Below are positions 24,959 to 39,315 of a DNA stretch of 64,000 bases, in pieces. This stretch comes from Octopus vulgaris (taxonomy: Eukaryota). The stretch spans positions 16,058,001-16,122,000 of the forward strand of contig OX597820.1 of the NCBI GenBank assembly GCA_951406725.2, read 5' to 3'. The notes below the pieces were generated by a model. The model searched no databases, was not told the origin of the DNA, and was given only the letters and a program-made list of their open reading frames with translations. Each line of letters begins with the position of its first letter. Within the stretch, counting starts at the first letter, position 1. Position numbers and translations under genes: made by a program.

Positions 24959-26456
24959 CTGAGGTAGTGTTTATCACCAATTTAAAGTTGATGTTCTCTG
25001 AGAGACGACGATGCTGTTATTTTAACCCCAGGAAGACATTCTCCTCTAGCTGGTTTATTCAGTGCACTTTCGTACTCGGTACTTATTGCAAGTGGGAGAT
25101 AACTCCTGCCACCTTAGCCTTGAGACCACCTGACCATGTGATTTCGATCTTATTGGATAAACACCACCGACGCCAAATTTACCTTTCATCCTTTCAGAAT
25201 TGTTAAATAAGTATGAGTTCTGAACCGGTTCGTTTCTTTCTGTCTTTGTCTGGAAAAATTATCATCTGTGGTCAAACATGAAAGTGATGAATTTCACTAT
25301 GACTGGAAGTGTCTAAAACAGACCATATGTCACGTCATTGCTCCTGAGATTCCATCAAGAGTAAGGACCATTCCCGCCAAGCCGAGGAGAGTCAGATTTC
25401 TCAACCTGAGGAATTACAAGGATTGCTCGTTGAGCTTTCCCTTGAAACCTTGCTGCGGATATTTCCTACTTTCATTACAGCGCCTACCACGACTGCATTG
25501 AATTTGTGAAGCCGTTTTCTCTGAAGAGGAGGGAGAGAAAGTGAGAGATGGAGGAGAGCATCTAGAACGGAACTGATGCTTGAATTGTCAAAACTGAAAG
25601 GATGAAAGACAAAGATGACCTCGGTCATGTTTGAAAACAGAACACAGAGAGCTGGAATAAGTGCCCCAATGCAATCTGTCCAATAGATAAGCGCGAAAGA
25701 AATTTATGTCCCTGGCTATCTATTTTTTTTTCTTTTATTTAGCTAAAGAAAGTACCAAGATTACATTATAAAATCAAATGAGTGCTCTCTATTTCTAGCA
25801 AGTCGAGTAACCAGTTAAAATGTATCACGTGACTCGTGATTCTTGATATTTTCTCTCAAGTTCGGCCAGATAGTGTTCCTGTTATTAGTGACAATTAACT
25901 ACAAAGTGCTTAATTGCCACTACATTTAATCTATACCACTACAGTTGCACATGGATTAAATGATGAGGGATTGACGCCCATTATTCCCCGAATACAATGT
26001 CTTACTAAATTCTTCTATCTCTATGTAAAATTTATATAGATTTGTCCTATTCTTTGGCACACTGCACTTATATTAGTGTAATATTTATCGAGAAATGTAA
26101 TACTTGGACACATTGTCAGTGTTGTATCCTAGGATCACTCGCAGTTTCGGGTCTTGCACCATACAACCTCTTCCAAGCAATCTGACTTAGACTGATCAAG
26201 CCTAGACCTGTGTCCAAGTGAAATTCTACCGACCCCCATCGATAATCATTTTTCAGTCAGAGACACCTACCTTGTTCTTCATGGCTCTTCTACTCACTGA
26301 TGTAAAACCCAGGATTCCGAAGGCCTTACTTAGATTACGACCTGCAAGCTCTCAACTATCAACCGCCACCGGCAAAACTCTTCCTTCTCCATACATTCCT
26401 GTAACTTTCTTACAGCAAATCCTGCTATCTAGCCTCAGGTGTTCTTAAATATGTTA

Positions 26457-26880
26457 AGAGTGGCTGTGTGGTAAGTAGCTTGCTAACCAACCACATGGTT
26501 CCGGGTTCAGTCCCACTGCGTGGCATCTTGGGCAAGTGTCTTCTGCTATAGCCCCGGGCCGACCAATGCCTTGTGAGTGGATTTGGTAGACGGAAACTGA
26601 AAGAAGCCTGTCGTATATATGTATATATATATATATATGTATGTGTGTGTATGCGTTTGTGTGTCTGTGTTTGTCCCCCTAGCATTGCTTGACAACCGAT
26701 GCTGGCTGGTATATTTACGTCCCCGTCACTTAGCGGTTCGGCAAAAGAGACCGATAGAATAAGTACTGGGCTTACAAAGAATAAGTCCCGGGGTCGATTT
26801 GCTCGACTAAAGGCGGTGCTCCAGCATGGCCGCAGTCAAATGACTGAAACAAGTAAAAAAGAGTAAAAAGAGTAAGAGTA
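26457..26880 (+). mobile_element. SINE family A
   Basis: Full-length family match. Confidence 0.92.
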
Positions 26881-27267
26881 ATAAAAGCCTTATACATTAG
26901 GAGAGAGGAATTCAGACGGCGGAATGTTCATGCCTTGCCAAATATGTCGATGGCATCCAAAAACAGACCATATATCAAAAAGTGAAACAGATATTCAACA
27001 GGACATAGAAAGTAGTTCGCGAGCTTCACTCTGAGCGCTTACCTATAAAACTCTATCATTTATGTTATCAGTCAAAATAAGTGTAATAAGTGAGATGAGT
27101 CCAGCACTCGCTCTTACTTCCTGGTCGTAGCTGTTTCATATCAGTTACATCACTGATACCATTACGAAAACGTGAATCTAACGTAATCTCACTTCCTTCA
27201 ACACCAGATATGAGGCAGCCATCATATCTCTTCCTCCTCCTCCTCCTCCTCCTCCTCCTCCTCCTCC

Positions 27268-27347
<80 letters not shown>

Positions 27348-27574
27348 GTTTTAATGTCCACTTTCCCAGGCTTGCATGGGTTTAACGGAGCTTATTGAGG
27401 TAGATTTTCTGCGGATTTCCTGTCGCTAAGATACCTTTCCTGTCGCTAGCCCTCAGTTGTTTCCTAGTGAGGTAATATTTACCTTATGGCAAGACATGTT
27501 TTGCTGCATATTAGAAATGAATAACATTCATTTACAAAAATCAAGACAATCAAGCGATGTCAAGACAAAGACAC

Positions 27575-27690
<116 letters not shown>

Positions 27691-28145
27691 CGGCCTTTTT
27701 CTCAGATTCTATCAACCAAATCCTCTGACAATGCTTTGGTCGGTCCGAGGCTACAGTAGAAGACACTTGTCCAATATGCCACGTTGGGAGACTGAACCCA
27801 GAACCATATGGTCAGGAAGCGAACATCTTACCACACAACCACGCCTGCATTTGCTCTACTTACGTCTGCGAAGAATAGTCGTTTCTCTTTTGCTTCTTTA
27901 ATCTATGAAGAAATCAGAATAAAACTGTAGCATTGTTATAACGCCATATTGAAAGTCAGCAGAATATAGAAATGGAAGAACGTCAGACAAAAGAACCTCC
28001 CAATTCTCTTCATTTTGTGTTCAAATTCAATCTTGATTGACATCACCTTTCATCAATTCGGAATCGATAAAATACGTATCAATCACGTGCTGAAGTTGTT
28101 TCTTATCCTTCTCCTACATATTTAGGGCTAGAAAATCATTATAAA

Positions 28146-29356
28146 AATTCATTATTATACCTATTTCTTTACTACCCACAAGGGGCTAAACACAGAGGGG
28201 ACAAACAAGGACAGACAAAGGGATTAAGTCGATTACATCGACCCCAGTGCGTAACTGGTACTTAATCTATCGACCCCGAAAGGATGAAAGGCAAAGTCGA
28301 CCTCGGCGGAATTTGAACTCAGAACGTAACGGCAGACGAAATACGGCTACGCATTTCGCCCGGAGTGCTAACGTTTCTGCCAGCTCGCCGCCCAATTCAT
28401 TATTATACCAGAAGGCATGGCGACGAGCAGGTAGAATTGTTAGCGAGTCGGACCAAATGGTAAGCAGCATTTCTGTAGTGTCTTTCCATTCTGTGCTCAG
28501 ATTATGAAAAAGTCAACATTACCTTCCATTCCAGTTGAATCGATAAAGAACCAGTCAAGTATTGGAGTGATGTAGTCGACTCACTCCCTCTTCAAAATTG
28601 TTGGGTTTTGCCCAAATTTATGAGAATTGCTAGATACCTATTTCTTTACTACCCACAAGGGGCTAAACACAGATGAGACAAACAAAGACAGACAGACGGA
28701 TTAAGTCGATTATATCGACCCCAGTGCGTAACTGGTACTTATTTAATCGAAAGCATGTAAGGCAAAGTCGACCTCGGCGGAATTTGAACTCAGAACATAA
28801 CGGCAGACGAAATACCGGTAAGCATTTAGCCCGGTGTGCTAACGTTTCTGCCAGCTCGTCGCCTTATTCATTATTATACCAGAAGGCACGGCAACGAGCA
28901 GGTAGAATTGTTAGCGATTCAAACCAAATGGTAAGCAGCATTTCTGCAGTATCTTTCCATTCTGTGCTCAGATTATGAAAAAGTCAACATTACCTTCCAT
29001 TCCAGTTAAATCGATAAAGAACCAGTCAAGTACTGGAGTGATGTAGTCTACTCACTCCCTCTTCAAAATTGTTGGGTTTTGCCCAAATTTATAAGAATTA
29101 CTAGATACCTATTTCTTTACTATCCACAAGGGGCTAAACACAGATGAGACAAACAAAGACAGACAGACGGATTAAGTCGATTATATCGACCCCAGTGCGT
29201 AACTGGTACTTAATTATTTAATCGAAAGGATGAAAGGCAAAGTCAACCTCGGCGGAATTTGAACTCAGAACGTAACGGCAGACGAAATACCGGTAAGCAT
29301 TTAGCCCGGTGTGCTAACGTTTCTGCCAGCTTGCCGCCTTAAGAATTACTAGATAC
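28146..29356 (-). repeat. Three SINE-B copies with a duplicated ~240-bp spacer (~475-bp tandem unit)
   Basis: Spacer 28394-28638 is near-identical to 28866-29108; flanking TSD-like motifs aattcattattatacc and taagaattactagatac. Confidence 0.9.
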
Positions 29357-29614
29357 GACGAAGTAGCAGAACCTTTAACGCATCGGACAAAATGCTTGAC
29401 AGAATTTCGTCTTGACGTCTTGAGTTCAAATTCCACCGAGGTCGACTTTTCCTTCCGTCCTTTTTGACTCGATAAAATATATACCAGTTGAATACTGAAG
29501 TAGATGTGAGATTTCTGGTCTTGTACCAATATTAGAAGCCATTATTATATTAAATACCATTTTTTATACCGAGCCAATCTGTATTAAGTAATGTTTTAAA
29601 TATAGTTAAAATGA

Positions 29615-29895
29615 TAGTTAGTTAGTTAGTTAATTAGTTAGTTAGTTAGTTAATTTTTTGGCTCAAAAAGCAAAAAGCAAGGCCATGTAGGGGGACATGG
29701 AGTTATGTACAGGGTGGTGTTCATGTAAAAAGTTCAGGCCACTTGTGGTCAAGGGAGACTTTGAACCGAGCGGTCGTCGGCATCTTCACTATATTCGTCC
29801 GGCAGCTTATTCCACGGATCCGCAACCCGGAGGGAGAAAGCCCCTCTCCTTCGATTGAGATGAAATCGTCGCAGATAGAGCTTTTCGGAGGAAGC
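29615..29895 (-). pseudogene. CR1-clade LINE 3' fragment (end of ORF2 + 3' UTR + (TAAC)n tail)
   Basis: Minus translation SEKLYLRRFHLNRRRGAFSLRVADPWNKLPDE/IVKMPTTARFKVSLDHKWPELFT* matches the CR1 C-terminal RxxFFSxRVxxxWNxLP..FK..LD pattern. Confidence 0.8.
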
Positions 29896-30049
29896 CAAGG
29901 CTTTTTTTTTTTAAATGGAAGAAATAAAATTTTCTTTTTTCCAAGCTTCTTCTTTGTGAACAAGCGAAGTGGTTCCGAGGTGGAATTGAAACCGGTCTGC
30001 AAGCATTAGTTGCTGTAATCACAGCGTCTGCTACTATTCCATTGTATTT

Positions 30050-30512
30050 ATGAAGTTGCATTGTAGCAACACATTTGTGTCACACTGTGAAATCACACGG
30101 AATTATAAAAGATACTGCGTCGTATTTTATATGCGATATTACATCGTATTATATAATGTGGTGTTTGTTACACAGCGCTGTTCGGCATTCCATCGAATAA
30201 TATCTTATCACATAGTGTTATCCCGTATGGAACAACATTATACTGCATCGTCCACGTAATTTATCAAACTGCATAGCATAGAAATAAAAATGAATAAAAT
30301 AGTGAAAAATAAATGAATAAATAAAATAAACATGTCTAGTCGTATTATACCTCACTGGAATATATTATTATAATACGATATCACACCATGCAATACTACA
30401 ACGTACCGTTTAGAAGTCTGCTCGATCAAGACTCATTTGAGGGTTAAACAAACAACACTGTACCGCTCCATGCAATATCACATCGTATTACATGATACCA
30501 TGTCCAAGCATG

Positions 30513-30543
<31 letters not shown>

Positions 30544-30660
30544 GTGTATATATATATATATTTATATTTATATTATATATATATTATATAATATATATAT
30601 GTTTATATATATTATATATATATGTTTATATATATATAATATATATATATATATATTATG

Positions 30661-30712
<52 letters not shown>

Positions 30713-30925
30713 ACCACGCCAGACTGTAATGTAATATATGAAATCACACAATGTTATTTATTCTAGAATACATCACTGTATGATATATCCTATAATATCA
30801 CACTATGCAGTATCGCCGCACTAAATTAACTTGCAGTACGTAGAACCGTACAATGTTGGTGTGTAGACGATAAGTCAATACATAATATCACATCACAATA
30901 CTACACCACTGCACCGTGTCACACT
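30050..30925. repeat. Cryptic degenerate pentamer repeat (ACAYC/ACAAT-like)
   Basis: e.g. atatcacaccatgcaatactacaacgtacc and atcacatcacaatactacaccactgcacc. Confidence 0.45.
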
Positions 30926-31044
30926 TGCTAGTAACTGTTACTTAAAAGGATGAGGAGTTGGCTGGTTGTTTCGCTCATGGAATAGAAATAAAAAGGAAAC
31001 TAAGATCACGTGACTATTATGCTTTTTCCTTTTCCAGTAGCGAT

Positions 31045-31333
31045 TGCGCATGGCTAAGTCGTTAAGGTATTTGGCTCACGAACATAACGTCGTGAGTTCA
31101 ATACCTGGGGTCGCGTTATGTTTTTTCTTTTAGCAAGACACTTTATTTCGCGTTGCTCCAGTTCGCTTAGCTGGTAAAAATAATTAGTATCTGTATTTCA
31201 AAGGTCCCTAAGGACTACGCTAAGGGGACACGTGTCTGTGGAGTGCTAGGTCACTTGTATGTTAATTCCACGAGCAGGCTGTTCCGTTGATCGGATCAAC
31301 TGGAACACTCATCGCCGTAACCGACGGAGTACC
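31045..31333 (+). mobile_element. Diverged SINE with family C tail
   Basis: A/B boxes tggctaagtcgttaagg..gagttcaatacc; tail acacgtgtctgtggagtgct..cgtaaccgacggagt. Confidence 0.75.
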
Positions 31334-31400
31334 AATTATTGCGCTTTTTCTTAACGTTAAAAGTGAAAGATTTCCAGTTAAGAATCGAAATTGATTTGCG

Positions 31401-31565
31401 ATAGTAGGGTAGATAAGGGATGGAGTAGCGAGAGGACAGTCCGCTCAGGATGACGCGTTTGTGGGGCCAGCTCTTCTCGGACCTGCTGTATAAGCCTAAT
31501 TAAAGTGGGTGCCTGGCAGCAAACTCAAGGACTTCCCCGGACAGCACATTCTAGCAACGCCACTG
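31401..31565. mobile_element. Short hAT-type MITE remnant
   Basis: Right end ctagcaacgccactg is the reverse complement of CAGTGGCGTTGCTAG; left end is degenerate. Confidence 0.45.
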
Positions 31566-31567
31566 AT

Positions 31568-31962
31568 CTCTTTTACTTGTTTCAGTCATTTGACTGTGGC
31601 CATGCTGGAGCACTGCCTTTAGTCGAGCAAATCGCCCCCAGGACTTATTCTTTGTATGCCTAGTACTTATTTTATCGGTCTTTTTTGCCGAACCGCTAAG
31701 TCATGGGGACGTAAACACACCAGCATCGGTTGTCAAGCGATGCTGGAGGGGACAAACACAGACACACAAACATATACGCACACACATACATATATATACA
31801 CACATATATACGACGGGCTTCTTTCAGTTTCCGTCTCCAAATTTACTCACAAGGCTTTGGTGGGCCCGAGGCTATAGTAGAAGACATTTACCCAAGATGC
31901 CACGCAGTGAGACTGAACCCGGAACCATGTGGTTGGTAAGCAAGCTACTTACCACACAGCTA
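31568..31962 (-). mobile_element. SINE family A
   Basis: Family match. Confidence 0.88.
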
Positions 31963-32339
31963 CGCGAACATGATATGGAGACAAGATTGTTTGATACTCA
32001 TCCCGTTACTCCTCATCATAACACTGATTTATTACATCCAGTATCACTACGTTCTAACTACCCACGAAGGATATCTCAATGCAGTAGCTCGGTGTCCTAG
32101 AAATAGCAGTCAAATTCTGTCAGTTGCTCTGTCTAAAACAAAAAAATTAAGAACACATTGGCCATTGTAGTCATAGATGTACCAAAAAGACAGGATGTTC
32201 ACGGATGGAACATCTTTGAAGCATAGTGCAACTCAATGCTGACTGACTTTAGATTAAGCAACAGCAAGGACGTCGCTATAGTCGCCATTGAAACGCACAA
32301 AGAAGAAAAACACGATGTGATTCTGTCTAATTTGGGCCT

Positions 32340-33005
32340 AAGGCCAAGGAGGGGGTAGGTGATTACAGCGATCCCAGTGCTCAATTGGTACTTTATTTTA
32401 TCGATCCCGAAGGGATGGAAGTCACAGTTGACCTCGGCAGGATTTGAGCCCAGAATATGATGCGTCGGAAAAAATATCGTAAGCATTTTACCAGACGCAT
32501 TAACGATCCTGCTAGCTCGCTGCCATTCCCGAATATATAACTGGCTTCAACTTTTAGCACAAGTTCAGCAATATCGTGCAAGGAGTAAGTCGATTACATC
32601 GATCCCAATGATCAACTGGTACTTATTTTATTAATCCCAAAAGAATAAAAGACAAAGTCGACCTCAGCGAAATTCGAACTCAGAGCGTAAAGAAGGACTA
32701 AATACCGCTAAGCATTTTGCCCCTACGTGCTAACGATTCTGCCAGCTTGCCGCCTTTGACGAAGATATATATTTCTTTACTACCTACAAGGGGCTAAAAC
32801 ATAGAGGGGACAAACAAGGACAGACAACCAGATTAAGTCGATTACATCGACCCCAGTGCGAAACTGGCACTTTATTTGTCGACCTCGAAAGGATGAAAGG
32901 CAAAGTCGACCTCGGCGGAATTTGAACTCAGAAACGTAACGGTAGACGAAATAACACTAAGCATTTCGCCCGGCGTGCTAACGATTCTGCTAGCTTGCCG
33001 CCTTT
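32340..33005 (-). mobile_element. Cluster of three SINE family B copies
   Basis: Repeated gtcgacctcggcggaatttgaactcag..gcattt..ctgccagct; last copy flanked by ttgacgaa.atata. Confidence 0.85.
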
Positions 33006-34043
33006 GACGAATATATAATTAAAGATATATCCATATCATTACATATCACTAGAATTTAAAAAATATTCTTGGTTAAATTCACCCCTCACACTTGTCTAGT
33101 ACTTTATTTTACCCAACCTGAAAAACTCTGAATATAAAGAACCAGGAGAAATACTGCAGAGCATTTTGTCCAACGGTAAAGCGACTCCGCCAACCACACC
33201 GCCCTTATCGCCACAAATAAATAAGGAATTCAAGCGTTGGTAAAGCCGGCCAAGAATTTGGACCTGTAGCTCTCCATTTCCAGCGACTTCGAGGGCCACG
33301 TCCCAGTGGTGTCGGGCGTCAACGAAGAGCCCTCAACTACCACAAGACGACCAAAGTTTTTTTTTTTCCAAGGTCTGGGGTCTCCCGCTCTTAAGCCCTA
33401 GACCATCACCTAATCACCCTTACCCGTCTTCTTGCTTGACAAGAAGAAGAAGAAGAAGAAGAACAACAACAACAACAACAACAACAAGCGTTGGTTGATG
33501 GCTACAAATTTTGACGGAAAGCGATTAGTGGAGCTAATTATATGACTGGTACTTATTCGAGAGCTTCTATATGGTCACTCGACACGCTAGAAAAACCAAC
33601 TAAACTTCCGCCAAAGCTCATCTTTATTAAAGGAACGACACATAGATTAGTCTTAGGTACCCAGAAAAAAGTAGGATGATCACGGATGGAATGTTTTGTT
33701 GTTATTGTTGCTGCCTTTCTCCAAGTGGGTCTTAACTGATCAGACCTATGACAAGGAATGCCAATTCCGTCTTGTTGAAAGTATGTCCGGCGAGGGTTTG
33801 ATCTGACGAACTCTATCTGCTATTTCTAGCAGATTGGTCGACCGCATAGAGACTCCGTCGTTGACTAGAGGAATGCATTTGATCGTAGGCCAACTCAATC
33901 GGGCTGATCTGGGATTGTTCAACATCAACAACATAAACAAGGAGTGTATAGAAATAGATTGAATAGTGGAGCGAGCACATCATGTCAGCACCACCACATT
34001 GCAATCCTCTGCGATTCATTAATGCATCTTGGAGTATACGCAG

Positions 34044-34565
34044 CAGTGGTTCCCAACCGGGGTCCACGTGACCCTTGGAGGTCCCTATAGTGTGGAAGCA
34101 CTCCGTCGGTTACGACGATGAGGGTTCCGGTTGATCCCATCAACGGAACAGCCTGCTCGTGAAATTAACGTGTAAGTGGCTGAGCACTCCACAGACACGT
34201 GTACCCTTAACGTAGTTCTCGGGGATATTCAGCGTGACACAGAGAGTGACAAGGCCGGTCCTTTGAAATACAGGTACAACAGAAACAGGAAGTAAGAGTG
34301 AGAGAAAGTTGTGGTGAAAGAGTGCAGTAGGGAGCACCACTATCCCTGCCGGTGCCTCGTGGAGCTTTAGGTGTTTTCGCTCAATAAACACTCACAACGC
34401 CCGGTCTGGGAATCGAAGCCGCGATCCTACGACCGCGAGTCCGCTGCCCTAACCACTGGGCCATTGCGCCTCCACAGAGGTCCCTATAAGGTTTTGTAAA
34501 ATGTATGTGTAAGAAACTGCTAATATTTCTACAATACACAAATTTTTTTTTTAATAAAATTCCTA
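34044..34565 (+). mobile_element. hAT (Charlie-like) MITE left part, interrupted by SINE C
   Basis: Starts CAGTGGTTCCCAACCGGGGTCC; homologous to the 36490 element. Confidence 0.65.
34091..34474 (-). mobile_element. SINE family C with 12-bp TSD
   Basis: Reverse complement of the 22518 copy; gaggtccctata on both sides. Confidence 0.9.
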
Positions 34566-34712
34566 GTGTGGTAAGTAGCTTCCTTACCAACCACATGGTT
34601 CCAGGTTCAGTCCCACTGCGTGGTACCTTGGGCAAGTGTCTTCTACTATAGCCTAGGGCCAACCAAAGCCTTGTGAGTGGATTTGCTAGACAGAAACTAA
34701 AAGAAGCCCGTC

Positions 34713-34746
<34 letters not shown>

Positions 34747-34975
34747 GGGTGTGTGGGTGTTTGTGTGTCTGTGTTTGTCCCCCCCCCCCAACATCGCTTG
34801 ACAACCGATGCTGGTGTGTTTGCATCCCCGTAACTTAGCGGTTCGACAAAAGATATCGATAGAATAAGTACTAGGCTTACAAAGAATAAGTCCTGGAATC
34901 GATTTGCTCGACTAAAGGTGGTGCTCCAGCATGGCCGCAGTCAAATGACTGAAACAAATAAAAGAGTAAAAGAGC
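34566..34975 (+). mobile_element. SINE family A
   Basis: Family match. Confidence 0.9.
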
Positions 34976-35894
34976 AATTAGTTATAAAAATGCGGTAGAT
35001 ATGTATATAGATCGCACGTCCTGTTTACAGGAGATGTAATTTCTAGTCCAGCGGTAGCCTTCGACCGTTTCTATCTAGAGGGGTTTTAAAACGAATATAT
35101 TTAAACCCTGTCATTTAAAGGTGGTGAACTGGTGGAACAGTTAGCACGCTGAATAAAACGCCTAGCGACATCTGTTTCCGGTTTCCCGTTTTGAGTTCAA
35201 ACGCCGCCGAGGTCGACTTTGCCTTTCAGCCTTTGGAGTCGATAAAATGAGTACGAGTTGAGTTATGGTGGTCGATGTAATCGACTAGACTCCTCCCACC
35301 AAATTTCAGGCCTTGCACCCATACTAGAAAGGAGCGTTTTAAGTTTGGTAATTATAGTATTGTGGAGGCGCAATGGCCCGGTGGTTAGGACAGCAGACTC
35401 GCGGTTTCGATTCCCAGACCGGGCGTTGTGTGTGTTTATTAAGCGAAAACACGTAAAGCTCCACGAGGCTCCGGTAGGGGTGGTGGTGGGGGGGATGATG
35501 GGGTATGTTAAGAAGCCAGCACCAGTTGTCAAGCGATCTCACCCACACACACATGCATGTATAAAACAGGCTTCCCCACAGTTTCCATGTATCAAATTCA
35601 CTTAAAAGGCATTTACCTTGCTCAAGAACACAATTTGCTGCCTGATCCGAGAATCGAATCCACGACCTTATGAACGCAGAACTGATGCATCAACCACCGG
35701 GCCAGGAAGAGTCTTTGTTGGTGATTCGTTGAGTTGCTATCGGGAGTTTCTACTATGAATGATACGTTGAGGCGCCAGAAAGACTGTGTATATGTACATA
35801 TGTGTGTTTATGTATACACACGCGCGCGCGCGCATAAACAAACATATATACATGCGTACGTACGTATATATGTTCTGTGTATGTATATACTCAT

Positions 35895-36293
35895 TACTCT
35901 CTTTTACTCTTTTACTTGTTTCAGTCATTCGACTGTGGCCATACTGGAGCACCGCCTTTAATCGAGCAAATCGACCCTCAGGACTTATTTTTTGTAAGCC
36001 TAGTACTTATTCTATCGGTCTCTTTTGCCGAACTGCTAAGTTACCGCGACGTAAAACACCAGCATCAGTTATCAAGCGATGTTGGGGGGGACAAACACAG
36101 ACACACAAACATATATACCCACACACACACATATATACATATATACGACCGGCTTCTTTCAGTTTCCGTCTACGAAATCCACTTACATGGCTTTGGTCGG
36201 CCCGAGGCTATATAGTAGAAGACACTTGCCCAAGGTGCCACGCAGTGGAACTGAACCCGTAACCATGTGGTTGGTAAACAAGCTACTTACCAC
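35895..36293 (-). mobile_element. SINE family A
   Basis: Family match. Confidence 0.9.
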
Positions 36294-36489
36294 GTGTGTA
36301 TGTGTGCGTGTGTGTGTGAGTGCACGTGCGGTTGACGAGGAAAACAGTGAAGGACTTGGCAATCCTTCGGTATTGGTATACGACGTCATTCCTCAATCAC
36401 CTTCCTTCATGACATAGATGTATAGGCTAGGCTTGGAGAAAAAAAAAGAGGTGAATGACGTCGTCTCCTCATATCGAAACTCTCCACAC

Positions 36490-36825
36490 CAGTGGCTTCC
36501 AACTGGGGTCCACATGACCTTTGGGGCACACATGACCTCTGGGGCAAACATGACCTTTGGGGTACACATGACCTTTGGAGGTCCATATAAGTTTTTGCTG
36601 TTAAAATTTATGTGCTATAAACTGTCTGTATTTCTACATTCTACAAACTATTTTAACATTTTTTTAACGCAATTGACGCGGTTGTGGCTGTGTGGCAAGA
36701 AGTATGTTTCCCAACAACATGGTTCTGCGTTCAGTCCCATTGCACCTTGACACCTTGGGCAAGTGTCTCAGGCCGACCAAAGCCTTGTGAAGGGATTTAG
36801 TAGATGGAAGTGAAAGAAGCGCGTC

Positions 36826-36887
<62 letters not shown>

Positions 36888-37635
36888 ACGTGTGTGTCTT
36901 TGTGTCTGTGTTTACGTCCTCGCGGTTCGGCAAGAGAGATCGATAGAATAAGTACTAGGTTTAAAAGAAGATACTGGGGGCGATTAATTCGACTAAAAGA
37001 ATTTTGCTGGGGCACATTCTTATTTCTTTACTGCCCACGAGGAGCTGCACACAGAGGGAACAAACAAGGACAGACAAACGGATTAAGTCGATTATATCGA
37101 CCCCAGTGCGTAACTGGTACTTAATTTATCGACCCCGAAAGGATGAGTGGCAAAGTCGACCTCGGCGGAATTTAAACTCAGAGCGTAACGGTAGACGAAA
37201 TACCTATTTCTTTACTACTCGCAAGGGGCTAAACACAGAAAGGACAAACAAGGACAGACAAACGGATTAAGTCGACTATATCGACCCCAGTGCGTAACTG
37301 GTACTTATTTAATCGACCCCGAAAGGATGAAAGGCAAAGTCGACCTCGGCGGAATTTGAACTCAGAACGTAACGGCAGACGAAATACCGCTGAGCATTTC
37401 GCCCGGCATGCACACGTTTCTGCCAGCTCGCTGCCTTCTGGGGCACAGTCTTTTGGGGCACAGCATGGCCGCAGTCTAACGACTGAAACAGCGATAAAGG
37501 TAAAAGAATTCCAAATAGTATTTAATTATAAAAATATTGTAAGAATATTTTTGAGCATTGAATTTGGTTGAGGATTCATAGAAATAAAATAAGAATCATA
37601 GAGATCCATAGACAAAAGATGGATGAGAACCTCTG
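36490..37635 (+). mobile_element. hAT (Charlie-like) MITE with nested SINE A and SINE B dimer
   Basis: TIRs cagtggcttccaac / ggatgagaacctctg; 8-bp flanks ctccacac / ctctagac; four 18-bp subterminal repeats ggggtccacatgaccttt. Confidence 0.7.
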
Positions 37636-38114
37636 CTCTAGACCATTACCGAAGGAACGCCAAGGAATTTATGTTTTCATTTCGGTCCAAGACCACATAT
37701 CTACTTGAGAATATAAATAGCTATTGTGACATTCATGCCTTTGCCAAAGATTTTAACGGCAATAAGTTAAAATAACAGGAATTCCGAACGAGAATTGAAA
37801 CCGGGTGTCTTGACTGAGAGTTGACTACTTCCCTTGTTGAACATCATTCGTGCCACACCAAATAACTATAATCATCATTATTACAGAATTTCAGTGCAGG
37901 AAGAACAGGCTTCAAGGAAGTACAGAGCAGGAAGATATGAAGAAATGAACGAACGTAGAATCATAAGCATACACAGGAAATAGGAAGGAAAGACGGACGG
38001 CAGGAAGGAACGATCGAACGAAGGAAAACAGGAAGGAAATAAGAAACGGATGGGAAGGAAAGAAGAAAGCTAGAGCAGGAGGGAGGGAGAGAGATAAAAG
38101 AAGAGAGGGGAGGA

Positions 38115-38145
38115 TAGATAGAGACTGATAGACAGACAGACAGAC

Positions 38146-38240
<95 letters not shown>

Positions 38241-38259
38241 TAGGTAGATAGATAGATAC

Positions 38260-38298
<39 letters not shown>

Positions 38299-38513
38299 AA
38301 CAGATATATATATATATATATATATATATAGATAGATAGATAGATAGATAGACAAACAAACAGAGAGACAGATAGATAGATAGGTAGATATATAGATACA
38401 TAGACAGACAGACAGACAAACAGACAAACAGATAGATAGATAGATACACAGACAAACAGACAGACAAACAGACAAACAGACAGACAGATAGATAAATAGA
38501 TAGACAGACAAAC

Positions 38514-38590
<77 letters not shown>
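38115..38590. repeat. (GATA)n/(GACA)n compound microsatellite
   Basis: Direct reading; a similar array lies at 40590-41130. Confidence 0.95.
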
Positions 38591-38592
<2 letters not shown>

Positions 38593-39050
38593 GAAGTATT
38601 CCATGAAAATAGAGGTGGTTGGTTTGAAGAGAGGAGAAGGAGGAGAAACGGGGGGGGTGAAAGCGGAAGACGTAAAGAAAACTGGAAAAAGAAGGAAACG
38701 TATGACAGAATAAAAGGAAGAAAAAAAAAAAGAAATTGAAGGAGGAAGCGCAGTAGTGAGAAGGAGAAAAATGAATAAATAATGGAGATAATCAGATTGG
38801 TGTGTGTGTGCGTGCGTGTGTGTGTGTGTGTGTATGATCAGAGACAGAGAGAGACAAACAGTGAGAAGTATTGAAGCCAGACGTAGACAAACAGTTAAGT
38901 AAAATGGAACCTTTCACACATACATATATACATACATACATACGTACGTACAAACATACATACGTACGTACGTACGTACGGACATACAGACAATGAGGCA
39001 GACAGAAAGACAGAGACTGGCAGACATATATTTCAGATATACATACATAC

Positions 39051-39101
<51 letters not shown>

Positions 39102-39172
39102 TTATATGCGTATAAATATATTACATAATATACGTCTATATATGTATATGTATACATCTTAATATATGTATG

Positions 39173-39217
<45 letters not shown>

Positions 39218-39265
39218 ATATACATATTATATACATATATATATATGTATGTATATACATACATA

Positions 39266-39315
<50 letters not shown>

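Noticed and set aside
27125-27168. Hairpin tatcag/ctgata followed by GAAACAGCT on the minus strand
   Set aside because: CTGANGA core is absent; at best a heavily decayed HHR
28160-29340. Regularly spaced repeats suggestive of a CRISPR-like array
   Set aside because: Units are ~230-bp SINEs with duplicated rather than unique spacers, in eukaryotic DNA
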